Counted from the stretch's first letter, positions 24,372 through 38,771 are shown. The stretch is DNA of 64,000 nucleotides from Chiloscyllium plagiosum (GCF_004010195.1 NC_057744.1:4754657-4818656); one strand, 5' to 3'. The notes: generated by a model not told the origin, from the letters alone. A program made the numbers and translations.

Positions 24372-25943
24372 TTCACTGTTCCTCACCTACGGAGAGAAAG
24401 ATGATCAGTGACAATAACAAGTTGCATTTCCAAAGCACCTTCGACATAGTAAACCATCCCTAGGTAATCAGCAGGGATGCCATCAAACCAAATTTGACCC
24501 TGAATCAAAATGTGACTCAAATTTGACACAAAGAGATATTATGACAGCCAACCAGAACCTTAGTCAAAGAGGTAGGTTTTACTTAGTGCCTGGCAAGAGG
24601 AAGTGGAGAGGGAAATTCTCAGTTCAGGTATGGCTGCCAATAGTGAAACAAAGAAAATAAGAGCTGTGCAGGACCCCAGAATCAGAGGAGAACAGAGATT
24701 TCAGAAGATTGTGGGGCTGGAGAGGCTTGAACAGATAAGGATGGGGGCGAGACCATGTTGGAATTTGAAATCAAGGATGAGACCTTGAAGTGGTAGCACC
24801 GCCAGATTCAACATAGGTTTGTGAGTAAAGGGAGTGATGTGATGGTGGAGCAGGACTTTGAGAAAGCAGGGAACTGGGCAGCGGAGATAGAAATGGACAG
24901 TTTATAGAATTGGAGAAGGACAGCAAAAGTATAAAGACTACAGATTGAGTTCTGAAATGGTGATTGTGGCTAAACATCAGTGTAGGACTGTGTAAGATCA
25001 TGTCCATTGACAGTTTCAATCATTCTTTCAGGCTGAACATTTTGGTCCCTATGGAGTTGTTCGTAACTGAGCCCAGAGTTTCTATGAACTTTTCCAGACC
25101 AGATTCCTTCCTGAGTCCCATGTGAGTGCTGCTAGACAGGGAGTGCTTGCGGGGACGAGGCGTGGAGAGCACTGACTTGCAACAGCTCCAAACAGCTTCT
25201 GACACATTATAGCAGGCTGAAATATGAAAAATAACAATTGCTGAGGCTCTGGGGGTGAGACAACCAAGAACTAGTGAGTCAGCAGCTTCAGGTGAGGGGA
25301 GAGAGACCCCATACCCCAGTGAGAGTCAGCACCTTCAGGAAAGGAAGGGGGAAATTGAGGCACAGACAGTGAAGTTCCAGAGTGAAAGAGAGTGGAGGCA
25401 GCTATGTTTCATCTTGTGAGGCCTTCAGAAACTAAATGAAAGAAACCTCTAAACAGGTTGTATCAGCTAATTAATTGCAAAATGCAGCAATGAATGAGAA
25501 TATATTGATCTGTACTGATTTATCCTATAATCAGGTTTATAGTTTATAGAACATTAAAACAGAGTACACAGGAATCGGCTATTTTGCCTTCAAGCCCACT
25601 CCATCATTAAACACAATCGTCTCCATATTCCCACTCTATCCCCATTTCCCTCACCCCATCAGCATCCATTGATCTATCAACCTCTGTCTCGAATACAGTC
25701 AAGAACTTAGAACTTAATATGCACAGATAGATACACCGACGTCCATTAACAGCACTATAAAATGATCATGATAATTGGAAAGAATAATTGATAAAGTGAG
25801 AGAAAAACTTCATTATACTCAGGAACATTCCCTAAAACATACAGGTTGAAAAAGAACCTATCAACGAGAACAGAAATCTCTGATTGAAAGCTAATTCTCT
25901 TTTCCTGCAACATGTTTCTGTTTCCGAGCAGCATCGAACTTAC

Positions 25944-26130
25944 AATCCGCAGTCAATATTCCAGTGCTATAATTCAGTTGCCGATGCTTCATCTGTGCAG
26001 CCTGTTCTTGATCTTCCTCCTGAGCAGCACTCTGCTCTGTTTCCCTGCGTCTATTTAAATTGCTGGTCATGTCATTCTGTTGTTCCTCAATTTACTTGAG
26101 GCCCCAGGAAACCGTACTGTGGAAGTGAAG
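25944..26130 (-). promoter_or_regulatory. Candidate non-coding first exon and promoter of the JAML-like gene
   Basis: Donor GATT|gtaagt at 25944/25943, TATA-like ATTTAAATAG at 26051-26060, ETS/IRF-like ggaagtgaa near 26121. The ATG exon has an acceptor, so an upstream exon is needed. Confidence 0.4.
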
Positions 26131-26494
26131 GGTGAACTTTATCCTCCAAATCTCTCAGTTGTAAAAGGACAGGCCACTTCACCAAAAACGTATCCGCAGA
26201 AGCCTTTACTTTTCAAACAAGCTAAAAGGTAAGGGGAACAAGTGTAAAAAAAAACACAAGTTGCTGGAGAAACCCAGCAGGTCTGGCAGCATCTGTGTAG
26301 AGAAAGCAATGTAAAAATGTATTGTTGCACTTTAGAATAGCACCAGGAGGGCTTGGCAAAATTACTTGTGCAGCAAAAGCCTTATAGATACAAAACTGAG
26401 AAAATAAAAAAAAATGCAACACTCAAATGGACATAAGACCAGGCCAGTTTTTCCAGGTGCCTTGGAACACCAGTGGTCAATTGTCCCCTAATTT

Positions 26495-26930
26495 GAAAAT
26501 CACGCAACACCAGATAATAGTCCAACAGGTTTATTTGGAAGCACTAGCTCTCGGAGCGCTGCTCCTTCATCAGGTGGTTGTGGAGGTTAAGATCCACAGA
26601 AGGTTAATTCCACAGAATTTATAGCCAAAGGAGTCTGGTGTCATGGAGATGTGATACAGTAAACAATCTGAGATTAAAACTTTCATCTTTTATAATGGGA
26701 TATGCTGGTTTCTGTTCTTTGATATGTAAATCCCAGAACTTCTTTTAAATTACACTCAAAATAGCTCAGCTTTTTAAACACCAGGTGTGAAGCCTGTCTG
26801 TGTCCCAATCTATGTCAGACTGTCAAACCCTCTGTATAGTTTTACAGATTTTTTTCGTGGATTCTTGCAGTTTTTGAGCAAAATAAAATGTAATTCTGCA
26901 AAATTACACCAACACCTACAAGTCATGTCC
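26495..26930 (-). mobile_element. Family B PLE terminal region; hammerhead with GAAA>GAGA change
   Basis: Minus strand CACCTGATGAAGGAGCAGCGCTCCGAGAGCTAGTG at 26542-26576. Confidence 0.7.
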
Positions 26931-27093
26931 CCTAATTGTAAGGGATGTCCCTAACTTGGCCTTTTTTTGGGGGACGTCCTGTGTCCTGTGCCTGTCAGAC
27001 AGGACAGGCTAGGTGACTCAGTTCAATAATAAGAATGAAATCAAACGGAGGCAATAGTAATATAGTGGTGCTGTTATTTGACTATAATCCAAA

Positions 27094-27311
27094 GGAGAAA
27101 GTGAGGTCTGCAGATGCTGGAGATCAAAGTTGAAACTTTATTGCTGGAACAGCACAGCAGGTCAGGCAGCATCCAGGGAACAGGAGATTCGACGTTTCGG
27201 GCACAGGCCCGAAACATTATTCCTGAAGAAGGGCCTGTGCCCGAAACGTCGAATCTCCTGTTCCCTGGATGCTGCCTGACCTGCTGTGCTGTTCCAGCAA
27301 TAAAGTTTCAT
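27094..27311. mobile_element. Family A fold-back PLE, 14-bp TSD
   Basis: ctataatccaaagg at 27082-27095 and 27312-27325; arms nearly identical to 9671-9899. Confidence 0.85.
27219..27254 (+). ncRNA. Minimal type I hammerhead ribozyme motif (family A, intact)
   Basis: ATTC-CTGAAGA-A-GGGC-CTGT-GCCC-GAAAC-GTC-GAAT. Confidence 0.75.
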
Positions 27312-29296
27312 CTATAATCCAAAGGGCCTGGCTAATGTCCTGTGGACAGGGGTTTAGATCCCACCATGGCAGATCATAAATCAAATAATTAAAATAATGG
27401 TGAAAGAGATCTGGCATCCTTACCTGGTCTGGCCTATGTGTGACTCCAAATCCACAGCAACATGGTTGACTCTGAACTGATTTCTAACAGGGCCAAGCAA
27501 GGCGATCAGGTCAAGAGCACTTAGGGATGGTAACAAATGTTGGCCCAGTCAGTGGTGCTATCATCCTATGAAAGAATAAAATGTGAAAGTCCATGGATGA
27601 ACTGGCAGTAAGGTGTAAGGTGATCACATTACTTGTAAGTTTTAGATGCTTTAAGGTTTCCAAGCTGTACATCATCCTCTGGTACTATCACCCCTCTTTC
27701 CATGTTGCTGGGTCAAAATTCTGAACCTCTCTTCCTCATTGCGCTGTGGGTGCCCCTACATAGCAAGTACTACAGCGGTTCAAGAAGGCAGCTCAGCACC
27801 ACCTTCTCCAAGGTACTTAGGGATGGTTTATAAATGCTGGCCCAGCCAGTAATACACACACTCCAATTAGGACTATTTAATAATTCCATTTTCATTATTA
27901 CCAAAGCCCCCCATTCCCTATTATTATCAAAAGCAACACCCTACTCCCAGATCCACCCAAATTCCAGTTGTGCCCCAAATTAATTGCTCCTTATGCTATT
28001 TCAGATGAATTGACATCTTGGACATTGATTATTTAACAGTTTTTCTTGAGAAAACGAGCTGGTCAATATCACATTGTAATCAGTGGGAACTTTCTGTGCA
28101 CAAAATACAAGTGATTGCTTTTCTAGAGACCACATAATTGGATGGCAAGAGTTTCAAACTGTCAAATGGGAAGCCTGGAGAAACACTGGGCTTTTTTTTT
28201 CCCTGTCGCATTCCTTTCTGGAATCAGTTGTGTTGGAAACTTTGCACAGCAAAAGTGACCTCATTAATGAGCAAGTCTACACATGTGGTTGCTGGAGACG
28301 GGTTATTTCAGTGACAGAGTGGTGAATCTATGGCATTCACTGCCATAGAAGGCTGTGGATTCCAGATCATTGGGTGTATTTAACTCTGAGATAGGAGGTT
28401 ATTGATTATCAAAGGGATCAAGGGTTATGGGAAGAAAGAGGGAGAATGGGGTTGAGAAACTTATCAGCCATGATTGAATGGCGGAGCAGACTCAATGGGC
28501 TGAATGGCCTAATTTCTACTCCTAAGTCTTGCGGCGTGCAATCTTCTTTTGAGTTGGAATATCTAATCATTAATGGGCATTTTTGATATTTGCTAATCAA
28601 CCTGTTCAGAGACATTATTTCACAGCTCTGGATCTGAAGCTGAGCTTCTTAGTTCAGAGGTTAGGACACTACCACCGTACTACCTCTAGTGGCCAATTTT
28701 TATTTATGGAGAAATCCCCAACTAATGCACATAACCTGTAGCTGTGGCTGGGGAGATCACCTTGAAATTGACCACAGAAGAAATTACAGTTAGACCTCTG
28801 CCTTCCCCGAAATCTCTGGTGACTTCAGGTGCACCGATATGGTTTTCAGTTATACCACAACAGAGATTCTGCAAAACAAAAGCACTTCATGCCAACCTTC
28901 GCTCCATACACAGTGAAAGCACGTCACAAGATGGAGACAAGACAGGAAAGGAAATACAGCAAGACACTGCTTCCCAAACCTTTTCCCACTCTGACCCCAT
29001 CATCAAGGCTTGAAACTTGTGGGACCCCTCAGTGAAACCGTGAAAGTGGATTGGGGAGGGGTGATGACGTTTTGAATCCAAATTAAACTTTATCTTCACC
29101 AACAAAGCTTTAATGACCTTATCTGCATCTGTGATCTGTGCTCAGAGCTGCACCCAAGTGGACAATATTGGTATAGCTGATTAACACAAATTTCGAGATT
29201 AGTTTTCACAGCTTGAAGTTATTTTCCAATCTGTTCAGAAGTTGTTACAGATCTCTAGAGCAGGCAAGACTTGAACCTCGGCCTCCTGCCTCAGTG

Positions 29297-29505
29297 TCAA
29301 AAAGTGTAGCGCTGGAAAAGCACAGCTGGTCAGGCGGCATCCAAGGAGCAGGAGAGTTGCCATTTCAAGCATAAGTTCTTCACCAGGAATGTTTATGCAT
29401 AAAGTGTCGACTCTCCTGCTCCTCGGATGCTGCCTGACTGGCTTTTCCAACACCACATTCTTTGACTCTGATTTCCAGCATCCGCAGTCCTCACAGTCCT
29501 CCTCC
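29297..29505. mobile_element. Decayed family A fold-back PLE
   Basis: gctggaaaagcacagctggtcaggcggcatcc ... ggatgctgcctgactggcttttccaac inverted arms. Confidence 0.65.
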
Positions 29506-30499
29506 TACCTCAGTGGTAGGGAATCTACAACTGCACTACAACAGGGCCTCTTTAACCAGCTTGAAAATAGTTCTCATTAACTTCTCACCATCAGGATGCT
29601 GTTAACAGAAAATCTGGAGATGCAGGAGATTTATAAAGGAGACAGAAGATGCCAGAAGTAGATCAGTCAGCACCTTTGTGGAGGAGAGGTCAATTGGTCT
29701 TTTGGAAATAGAACAATGTGACTTTAAAGAGGACTTTGGCAAGCAGTTTCACAATGAGGTACACCTAGACAGTAATGTTAAGTGGGATGTTTAATCGGTT
29801 ATGTCATGGTGGACAGAAACTGTAATCAATTCAAACAGATTATAAAATAATTCAGTAACCAGTAATGTTGTAGGAATAGGAACAGACGTCTTGTCATGTC
29901 TGTTCAGCTAATTAATTAGGTCAAAGCTGATCTACATCTTAACTCCATCTATCTAATCCTTAATATTAAAAATGCAAAACAAAATCCATCAATTTTCTAC
30001 TTCAGAGGAGTGCACTGCAGATTTTCTGATCCTTTGTGTGATGACATGCTTTCTGACATTACCCAAAATGGTCAAACTATTAAAAGGTGATGTGTCTTCT
30101 CAAACATTATAAACTATCAAACTAAGTCGATGCTGGCAGTATCTTGGTTATTATTGCTTGGAATTTCAAAACTAATCATTTGGTTAAAATCAATACCTAG
30201 CTACGTGTTTGGTCTTTTGGGTTGTACATGAACATATAATGTGGTCATAAACTCTGCATAAAGTTCTCAATCATCTGACCTTGCTCAGAATCCCTATTTC
30301 CAACCCAGAGTTTGACCAGATGCCTTTAGAAGAGTGTCCTGGGTAAACTGACAAGCCAGAAATCTTCCCAGCTAAAGTAGGACCATCCAGTGCAGGAAAC
30401 CAAGCCAGCAGTACTGGAGAGAATTGATGCCAAGACCACACCCCTTTTTGAAGAAGTAGCTGCTGTATTCTATGGCTTACAAAAGGTAAGTGATGGATA

Positions 30500-33400
30500 G
30501 GTAGCAGGTAAATGGGTAATGGCTCAGGGTAGGTCACAGGCTATTGGTTTTGTGACCTCGATACATGGAGAAGAGTATGGCGTCCTGAATGTTTATTGTC
30601 CCCCAGCGCATCAATTAGAAATTAAATTTCTAATTGATGCTGTTGCTAAATTAATGAATCTTGAGGTGCGCTACACGATCATAGGAGGGGATTTTAAGCG
30701 CCGAATGAATCCCGGGGTAGACAGGATACCAAGGGGCCCGGCAGGTACACTCGCGCAATCTGGACAGTTGGAGGACATGAGTGAGGAATTGGGATTAGTG
30801 GATGTGTGGAGGCACCTCCACCTGAAAGGAGGAGACTACTTTTTATTCCAATCCACACAAGTGCCACAAAAGAATTGACATGTTCCTTATGCCGTTGGTT
30901 AGTTTGGACAGAACATTTGGGAATATAACTATCTCGGACCATCCGCCAATATACTTAGATATTAATATCAAGGATGGTGGAATAGATATACGGTGCTGGC
31001 GCATAGATCTATTCCTGTTAAGGGAGAGAAATTTGTTGAGTACATTACAAGTGAGTTCAGGGCCTTCTGGGATATCGACTTGGGTATGGCCAGTAATCCA
31101 GCAATACTTTGGGAGGCCGCTAAGGCATATTTACCAGGCCTCATTATTTTGTATTCAATGACTAGAAGGAAGCAGAGGAAGGAACAGCAACGGATGCTGG
31201 AGACCCGGCTGAAGGTAGCTGAGGAAGAATATTATAATAGGCCTTCATTGGTCAAGCTGCAGCGGGGTCACGGCTCTCCAGGCCACTCATGACTCATTGC
31301 ACACACAGGTGGCAAAAAAAAGACATCTCCTTTGCTAAACAAAGATTATTTGACTTTGCTGATAAGCCAGGTAGATACCAGGCATATCTGGCTAGAAAGA
31401 AAAATGCTTCCTAATCCGTTATGTCTGTTAGAGAAGAGGCTGTCACACTTACCCATGAGTTGAAGAAGACCAATGTTAGATTTATACAGCAGAGTTATAC
31501 CTGACGGAGGGCGGCAAAGATGGTGCAGTGAGAATGCATTATTTTTTTGAGAACTTGGACCTGCCCAGTATAAGTATGGAACAGGTCTCCCTGTTAAATG
31601 CGTCTACTATGATACAAGAGGTGCAGGAAGCAATAAAGCATCACCAGGGTGGCAAAGCACCGGGGCCAGATGGATTCCGAAATGAGTTTTATAAGGAATT
31701 CATAAATGTATTGATGGAGTCATTTCTGGAGATTTATAGCCATTCATATACACAGGTTTATCTGCTGCCCTCTCTTAGGGAGGCTAATATCGCCCTCATT
31801 TTAAAGAAGAGGAAAGACTCTGAAGAATGTGCTTCATATAGACCAATTTCACTGTTGAATGTAGACTTTTAAATTCGATCAAAGATGCTGGCCCTGAGGT
31901 TGGAAAAGATATTGCCCTATTTTAGAAAAGAAGATCAGATGGGTTTTATCAAGGGCCGTAGCTCCTCCAACAATATCAGGAGGGGACTGAACATAGACAG
32001 GTATGCCAGCAATGATGGATCCCAAGTTTGGTGGTCTCCCTAGATGCAGAAAAGGAGTTTGACTGGAGAGAATGGCTGTACCTGTTTAGGGTCCTACAGC
32101 GCTTTGGTCTGGTGGGAGCCTTTGCCAGGTGGGTGGCGATATTGTATAATGATCCGAAGGCAACAGTCATCATGAATGGTACTAAGTCAGATAACTTTAA
32201 TACTGGGAGAGGTAGTCAACAGGTGTGTCCTTTCTCACCACTGTAATTTACCTTGGCAATTGAGCTGTTAGCCGAGACAATCAGGAAGAATCCTGAAATA
32301 GTGGTGCCAGGGGTGGGAATGGGGGAACCATAAAATCACCCTATACGCTGATGATGTCCTTTTGTTCTTGGCCAATCCAGAGGAGTCTGTTCCTCGACTG
32401 ATTCAAAAAATTAATTTATTTGGCAGTTTAGCCGGATACAAAAGTCAGAAGCTATGCCGGTGGGGGGATTAATGGAGGTGCCTGATTTGATGGGTGGAAT
32501 GCAGTTCCCATTTAGATGGTCGTCAAAGGGTTTTTTGGATTTGGGGATATTTATTACCACTGCCTTCCACCAGCTGTATAAAGCTAACTATGCACAACTA
32601 CTGGAGAGGATAAAACAGGATTTGCAGCAGTGGGAGGGATTACCATTATCATGGTTAGGCCAAATAGCCCTGATTAAAATGAATGTTCTTCCTCGCCTGT
32701 TGTACCCCATGAGAATGCTCAAGTTGTTGCTACCCAGATGAGTGTTACTGAGGCTCAATGGTTGGCGAGAGTCCTTTATTTGTGCTGCAGGCAACCTCTA
32801 ATTAAATTGGGGGGGGGGGGCGGGTGGAGGTGGTGGTGTGGCCCTTCCAGACTTGAAGAGATATCAAATATGCAGCCTGTTAGCATATGTGGGTGACTGG
32901 GTACAGCGGGGATTCTTAGTCGATTTGGCGTGTTGAAGCCTCACCATCGAGATGTCCCCTAGTTAATCTATTATTCATGGATAAGATGAAATGTGATCAA
33001 GCAGTGTAAGAGCCCAATCATTTTGAACACAGTAAAAGCTTGGAGGATAATGAGGCAAGACGAGGGCAATTGGCTTAAGACCTCGCCATTTACCCCGTTG
33101 GTGGGAGCCCCAGGATTTAAACCTGGAGCAATGGACTCCGGCTTTAAGCTGTGGGAAAATAGGCAAATCTTTTGTTTGGGAGATTTATTCGAGGGGGAGG
33201 TCTTGATGTCAGTTCGCCAACTAAGTCAGAAATATAGAATGTTTAATAGGGCCCTTTTCAGGTACTTTCAGATAAGGGATTATATACAGAGGAGGACCAC
33301 ACTCCTTACAAGTCAGATGTGGAGAAAAGAGTACTCCGGTGCACGGGCGCTCTTTCAGTTAGTACTTTGTATCATTTACAGAACGGATGTGCCTTAGATG

Positions 33401-34497
33401 TGGAGAGACTCTGTAGGACTTGGAATCAGGAGCCAGGAGAGGATATTTCATTGGAAAAATGGGAAGATATATTGAAAAATGTAAAGAAAATCTTAATATG
33501 TAACAAAGCGCAGGCTATGCAATTGAAGATTTTACACAGGGCTCATATGGTGCCAGAGGATCTAGCTAAGTTCAAGACAGGAGCATCACCAGGGTTTCCC
33601 AAATGTAAAATTAATATAGGCACTCTCACACACTGCTATTGGTTATGTTTCAAAATTCAGAGATTCTGGAGTGCCATAGTAAGGGAACTGAAGGAAATCC
33701 GGGGAATCGAAGTCAAAGTGGATCTGGTATTTCTTCTTCTGGCGTTGCCAAATTTGCCCTGTCTGAAGGAACATGGAAAGAGACTGTGTAACATTCTTAC
33801 CCTCCGTGCAAGGAAGGGCATTTTAATGAATTGGAAGTTGGAAAACCCCCCAGGTCTTATGGGGCAGTGTAGGCTGGTGATGGAGCATCTCCCCCAAGAC
33901 TACCTCACAAATATGGTGCACCACAAAACAAAACCCCAGGGTGGCCAGTGACAAGCAGTGCCCTTCTCAGAGGGCAATGCTGCATGATCAAACAGTGAAG
34001 GGGAGGGCAGGGATTAAATCAAAATAGAGTTGGATGAAGCAGTTTTATAAGACCCGGCGGCCCTTTCTAAATTATATTGACGCAGACTTATCAGCAATAT
34101 TAATTAGGGCCGTGATATAGCCAGGGGAATCAGTTTGGGTGCCTGTAGGGACCTGGGAGAGATCAGCTGGGGAATAAAAAATACACGTGCAATGACTTGT
34201 GCCCCCAGGGGTAGGAGTTTTAGTAGGGGTAGGAGATGTGGTGAGTGAAATAGAATAAAGTAATATGATATAATTTAAGCTAATTTGAATTCAGCTTAAT
34301 TTAATTTGATTGTAGTTTAGTTTAAGTAGATACATTTGTTCTGATAGAATAGTAGGTAGTTTATCATTAAATAGTATTGTGATATGACTATTATACTATC
34401 TCTATATTTTTGTATTTTGGTTTATTTCTATATAATAGTTGTTTTGTAAAATATTTGAAGAAATTTTTAATAAAAATATTTATAAAGAGTAAAAATT
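30500..34497 (+). mobile_element. 5'-truncated, degenerate L1-clade LINE (ORF2 EN-RT-Cys-rich domain and 3' UTR)
   Basis: VLNVYCPP, IIGGDF, LVDVWR, ISDH (EN); PGPDG, YRPISLLNVD, VSLDAEKEFD, LYADD at 32341-32355 (RT); PKC..GTLTHCYWLC; AATAAA and A-rich end ~34468-34497. Confidence 0.92.
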
Positions 34498-35183
34498 TGA
34501 TGAAAATAAGTAACCCACTCATGAAAGCAGTATTGCATTTTACTGTACATTCCACAGAATAATCCAAGAAATACCACAAAATTATGTAGGCAGTAAACAT
34601 TAAACAGAATTGTTTAAGGTATGAACTCAAGCTTCAATAATGATTCACAATAGTGCATGTGAAATGAAGTAGCATCTCCAGTACATGGGAATCTTTGATA
34701 CTGCCCTTCAATTCTTTACCTTACAAAAGGCTGTACAGTACATTGTTTCAAAATTCCTCAGAATCATTAGAATAAATGAGATCTTTCAACAACCAAATCT
34801 ATTCTTATGGTAATATCATACATAATTACAATGAGAAGACAACCAATAATCACCCAGACCCTAGATAATGGCATGCACAGCATTAACAAAGTTAACAAGT
34901 CAGTAATATGTCAATACCCCAAGCAAGTATTGTACTATAAATTATTTATAAAAGAAAGTATTTCCAGTCTGTGAATAGCTAGTAAATTCGAATTCCCCTC
35001 ATTCACAAGGCAACAAACTGTCTGTTACTGCTACCCATTTCCAATAGATTTTATTTTGTAGTAAGATAGGGCAAATTAAAATACTGAGTGATGCCTGAAT
35101 TATGCATTATTCGTAGTATTGCTCTTGGCAGAGATGATAATGCTTCACTGGAGCAAAGCAAGGGAAGTAGACAATGAGGCAGC

Positions 35184-35630
35184 TCATTCCTCTTTGCTGA
35201 CATTTTCGATGGCTGCCCGGCCATTGGAGGAAGAACTACACAGCTTTCCCTCAGCTGTCAGCTTCCTCAAATAGTCATGGGGTCCGTTACCTTCATAGGC
35301 AGACGGGCACTTGTAGGAGCCTCCGATTCTGTCCCAGAGTGTAAAGTACTGCCCATAATTGTAGTCAAAGTACAGGTGGTGGTCGGTATGATGGGCTGCA
35401 CCGTTGATGACCTCCTCGAGGACTTTAGGCACTCTGTAGTTCCCATCGTGAATGGACACTGTCCAGATGTTGACAAAGATGTAAAGACCCAGGTAGACCA
35501 GCTTGTGTAGAGGGAACAGGAATGGATAGATATGATATGGGATACTCTGCAGGAACCCATCTACAGGATGAAAAGCATGACTTGCAAATGGGGTTGCAAT
35601 CTTCCAGGTATGGTGGGGCTTGTGTAGTCG
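35184..35630 (-). CDS. SC5D: Lathosterol oxidase (sterol C5-desaturase), last coding exon
   Basis: tttgcag|[63 protein letters not shown] contains histidine boxes 2 and 3; stop at 35184. Confidence 0.97.
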   Translation of the reverse strand, partial: RLHKPHHTWKIATPFASHAFHPVDGFLQSIPYHIYPFLFPLHKLVYLGLYIFVNIWTVSIHDGNYRVPKVLEEVINGAAHHTDHHLYFDYNYGQYFTLWDRIGGSYKCPSAYEGNGPHDYLRKLTAEGKLCSSSSNGRAAIENVSKEE

Positions 35631-36296
35631 CTGCAAATAAGAGAGAAATTATATATAATCAGCACATTAGTGATTGCTTAAAAAGGAAAAAAAAATGCAG
35701 TTCTAAAAAGCTAAACAAACATTTAAAATTCGATTGGTTTTGACATATTATGACAACTCCAAGAATCACGGGACTTGAATATGGATCCTTTGGCCCAGAG
35801 GCAAGGACATTAATGTTGGTGCCATAAGATCCTTTTGGGATGCAATTCTATATTTACGCAAGATGCTGTTCAATTATGATGCAGTTCTAATGCCTTGAAA
35901 TGCCTCTCAATATCCAAATTTGGGCTAGATGCAATAACGAGAAAAATCAGCATTTTTAAATAAACCTATGAGGTGGAAATAAGATTATTAGTAGATTCTT
36001 GACAACTCTCTTCAGGCAATCAATATTAATTTCCAAAGGGGGAAGCTGAACAGTATTCAAGGAGAAATTTACAGGGTATGGGGCAACACCTGGGGAGTGG
36101 GTCAAATGGAGAGCTGCCTCAGTGGGGCGAATAGTCTCCTTCTGGTCTATCAGTATTGTTATCAATGCTAACATGCCTGAGTAACCCCTTTTCATTGAAA
36201 TGTGTATCTAATCGTGACAAATGTAATCTAAACTCAATTTTCAAATCACTCTCTCTGTGTACAAAAACTGTACTTCCTCGTGACTCTAACACTTAC

Positions 36297-36397
36297 CTTA
36301 TAGAGGAGCCGGTGGTGAAGAAACCTGTGGATCCAGTAGATACACATGTCCGTGAAGAAAAGAAAGGAGGCCATACTGAAGATTACTCCAAACCAAC
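36297..36397 (-). CDS. SC5D: Lathosterol oxidase, coding exon 3
   Basis: cag|GT...AAG|gtaagt, 101 nt. (G)WFGVIFSMASFLFFTDMCIYWIHRFLHHRLLYK contains the first His box. Confidence 0.96.
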
Positions 36398-37232
36398 CTG
36401 ATTAAACAGGAAGACCAATGTTAGAGTGGTAGTCTGCTCAGGATACAATCACAGGTTACCCACCTATTCCAGCTCATCATACACATGTGGCTATGAGCAC
36501 AGTCACAATTCATAAGCCTGAGGATTTTGGGGAAGCGTGTGAGAGAGATGGTAGAACTCCCACCAGAGTTAATATCAAAGGACTGCTCTTTCCCTGCCCT
36601 GCAGCTATTTAAAAAGTGGCTTTTTCCTTGACCCTCTTTCCTCAGACAGAAGTCCCATAAATAGCAGCTACATTTAAACGGCACCTTTAAAATAGTGAAA
36701 TATCCCAAGATCCTTCACATGTGTGCTGTTGTACAAACTTTATTTCATGCCACTCAAAAGGTCAAAGGTTTGGAAAAAGATGGAGGCTTTAAGTGTCATT
36801 AAAAAGGGGAAAAAAGAACAGAAGAATGATCAAATCATGAATGAATGGAAGAATGAAAGATGAAAAATGTTGGAAAGGGGAATGCTTCAGCCTGGGGCCT
36901 AGGCAACCAATTCAAAATAGAACTCCAAGTCCTACAATAGTGGAATGAATAGCAGGCAACAGAGAATAAGATTACAATTTGTTTCATACAACGGTGACAT
37001 TTCCAAAGCAACTAGTCTATCAGATTTTCAATTCAGTCCTGATCTAGAAAGGCAGAGCAGGCAGGAGGGTGAAAATGGTTTACTCTTGCCCTTCCGTGTC
37101 ACCTGCTCTCAGGGTTCAAGAACAATGCAGAGTTCAGAGTTCAGCTTGCTGCCCAGTATTAGGGAATGAAATAAAATGTTGGCCGGAATCCATTTCCCTG
37201 CATCGAATTCCTATTTTGTTAAAAACGCTTAC

Positions 37233-37365
37233 CATAATGGGAATCCTCAATATTGTTGTACAATTTGCTGTAGCCTCGGACCTCTGCAAAGAATAACGCC
37301 ACTGTTGGAATGCTCATCCAAGGCATTGACTTCAAAGCATATTTTATCTCCCGCTGCACTTGGTT
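37233..37365 (-). CDS. SC5D: Lathosterol oxidase, coding exon 2
   Basis: tttatag|AAC...G|gtaagc, 133 nt. Reads NQVQREIKYALKSMPWMSIPTVALFFAEVRGYSKLYNNIEDSHY. Confidence 0.96.
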
Positions 37366-38771
37366 CTATAAAAGAGGAGGGGGATTAAAAAAAAAATTGG
37401 TTTTAAAAATATCCAGAAAATCAAATTCAATTACCAACATTTCCAAAGAACCACATATGCAATGTGTGTTTGTTTTTGAAGTCTCAGGGCAGAAATATGT
37501 AATCTGGTCCAGTATATCTGAGCCAGTTTCTCTCTACACATCAGTTAGCCAAATATATCACAAATCCTGCCCACTTCGCATGAACTGTACATCATAACCT
37601 CTCAAGAAACTATTTAATTCCCTTTTGAGAGAATGAAATGAACTCTGCTCCAACAATGGTTTGCAGCATGGACCTTTCACATTCCTGAGGCCAGCACAGC
37701 AGCTCAGCGGTGTGTATTGCTGCTTAACATGCACCCAGGTTGGATTCCAGCCTCAGGTGACTGTACAGGATGCTCTTCGAAAGTTCGGTGTGGACTCAAT
37801 GGGCTGAATTCCCTGCTTCCACATTGTAGGGATTCTGTGATTTCAATCATTCTGTGTGAAGAAATGTTTCCTAACTCCCAGTTTAGTTGCTGTTCGGACT
37901 GCCTTAAACACCTACCTTTAGCAACATCCCATTGACCAGGGGAAACTATTTACCTTGATCTTAATCAGATCACTCATTTCAACCTTCTCAGTTCCACAAA
38001 TCGAACCCCTGACTCCTCCAGTACCTTACTGCAACCTTATTAATAGTAATGCACAACAAGTCATATACAGTGCATCTCATTTAGAAGAAATAATAAAGTA
38101 ACAAAAATCGAGATGCCAGCATTCCAAAATGATTAGAAAGTTTCACATTTTAAAACCCCAGTGCAAGCAAGAAGAGGGAGAGATTAAAGTTGCTGGCTGT
38201 CACCTCATTCAATAAGGCCACTCCATTTGATGGGGCAGCTAGAGGCTAGTTGCTCTGCAGAGGGTGGGCAGAGAAATGAAGAATAGAAAGTAGAATAAAA
38301 AATTAGTGAAACCTGAAGGCAAAATAGTAACTTATAAGCAAGAAAATATTAGGCACTCCAAATTAAAATAAATCCCATTTGCTAGTCTGAACAAGTGTTG
38401 AAAAAAATAATTTTAAACTTACATAAGGATTCTATTTTACTATCAAGTACTCTCACACCATTTCCTCCAAATGGATGATGGAAATTCGTGGTGCAGAGGG
38501 TTTTATATGCAACATGACAGATATTCTACCTGCAGATGAGCCAATGCAGTAGGTTATCTCACAAGCTGTCATGAAGCCTTTAATTCCACTGTTTTTAAAA
38601 ACGATTTTACTATGATCAGAATATGTACTTAAACAGGAAAGATGTTCAGGATTGTCAACAAAGAGTGGGGGGGGGTCAGGGTTTCTGAGACTAATTGGCC
38701 AACTCCTTTGAATTCCATGTAAAAATCAGATGAACTAACAGAAACACAGACATCAGGGATATAGCACATAC

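Noticed and set aside
33319-33951. Longest ORF in the track (210 aa)
   Set aside because: C-terminal fragment of the degenerate L1 ORF2, not a separate gene.
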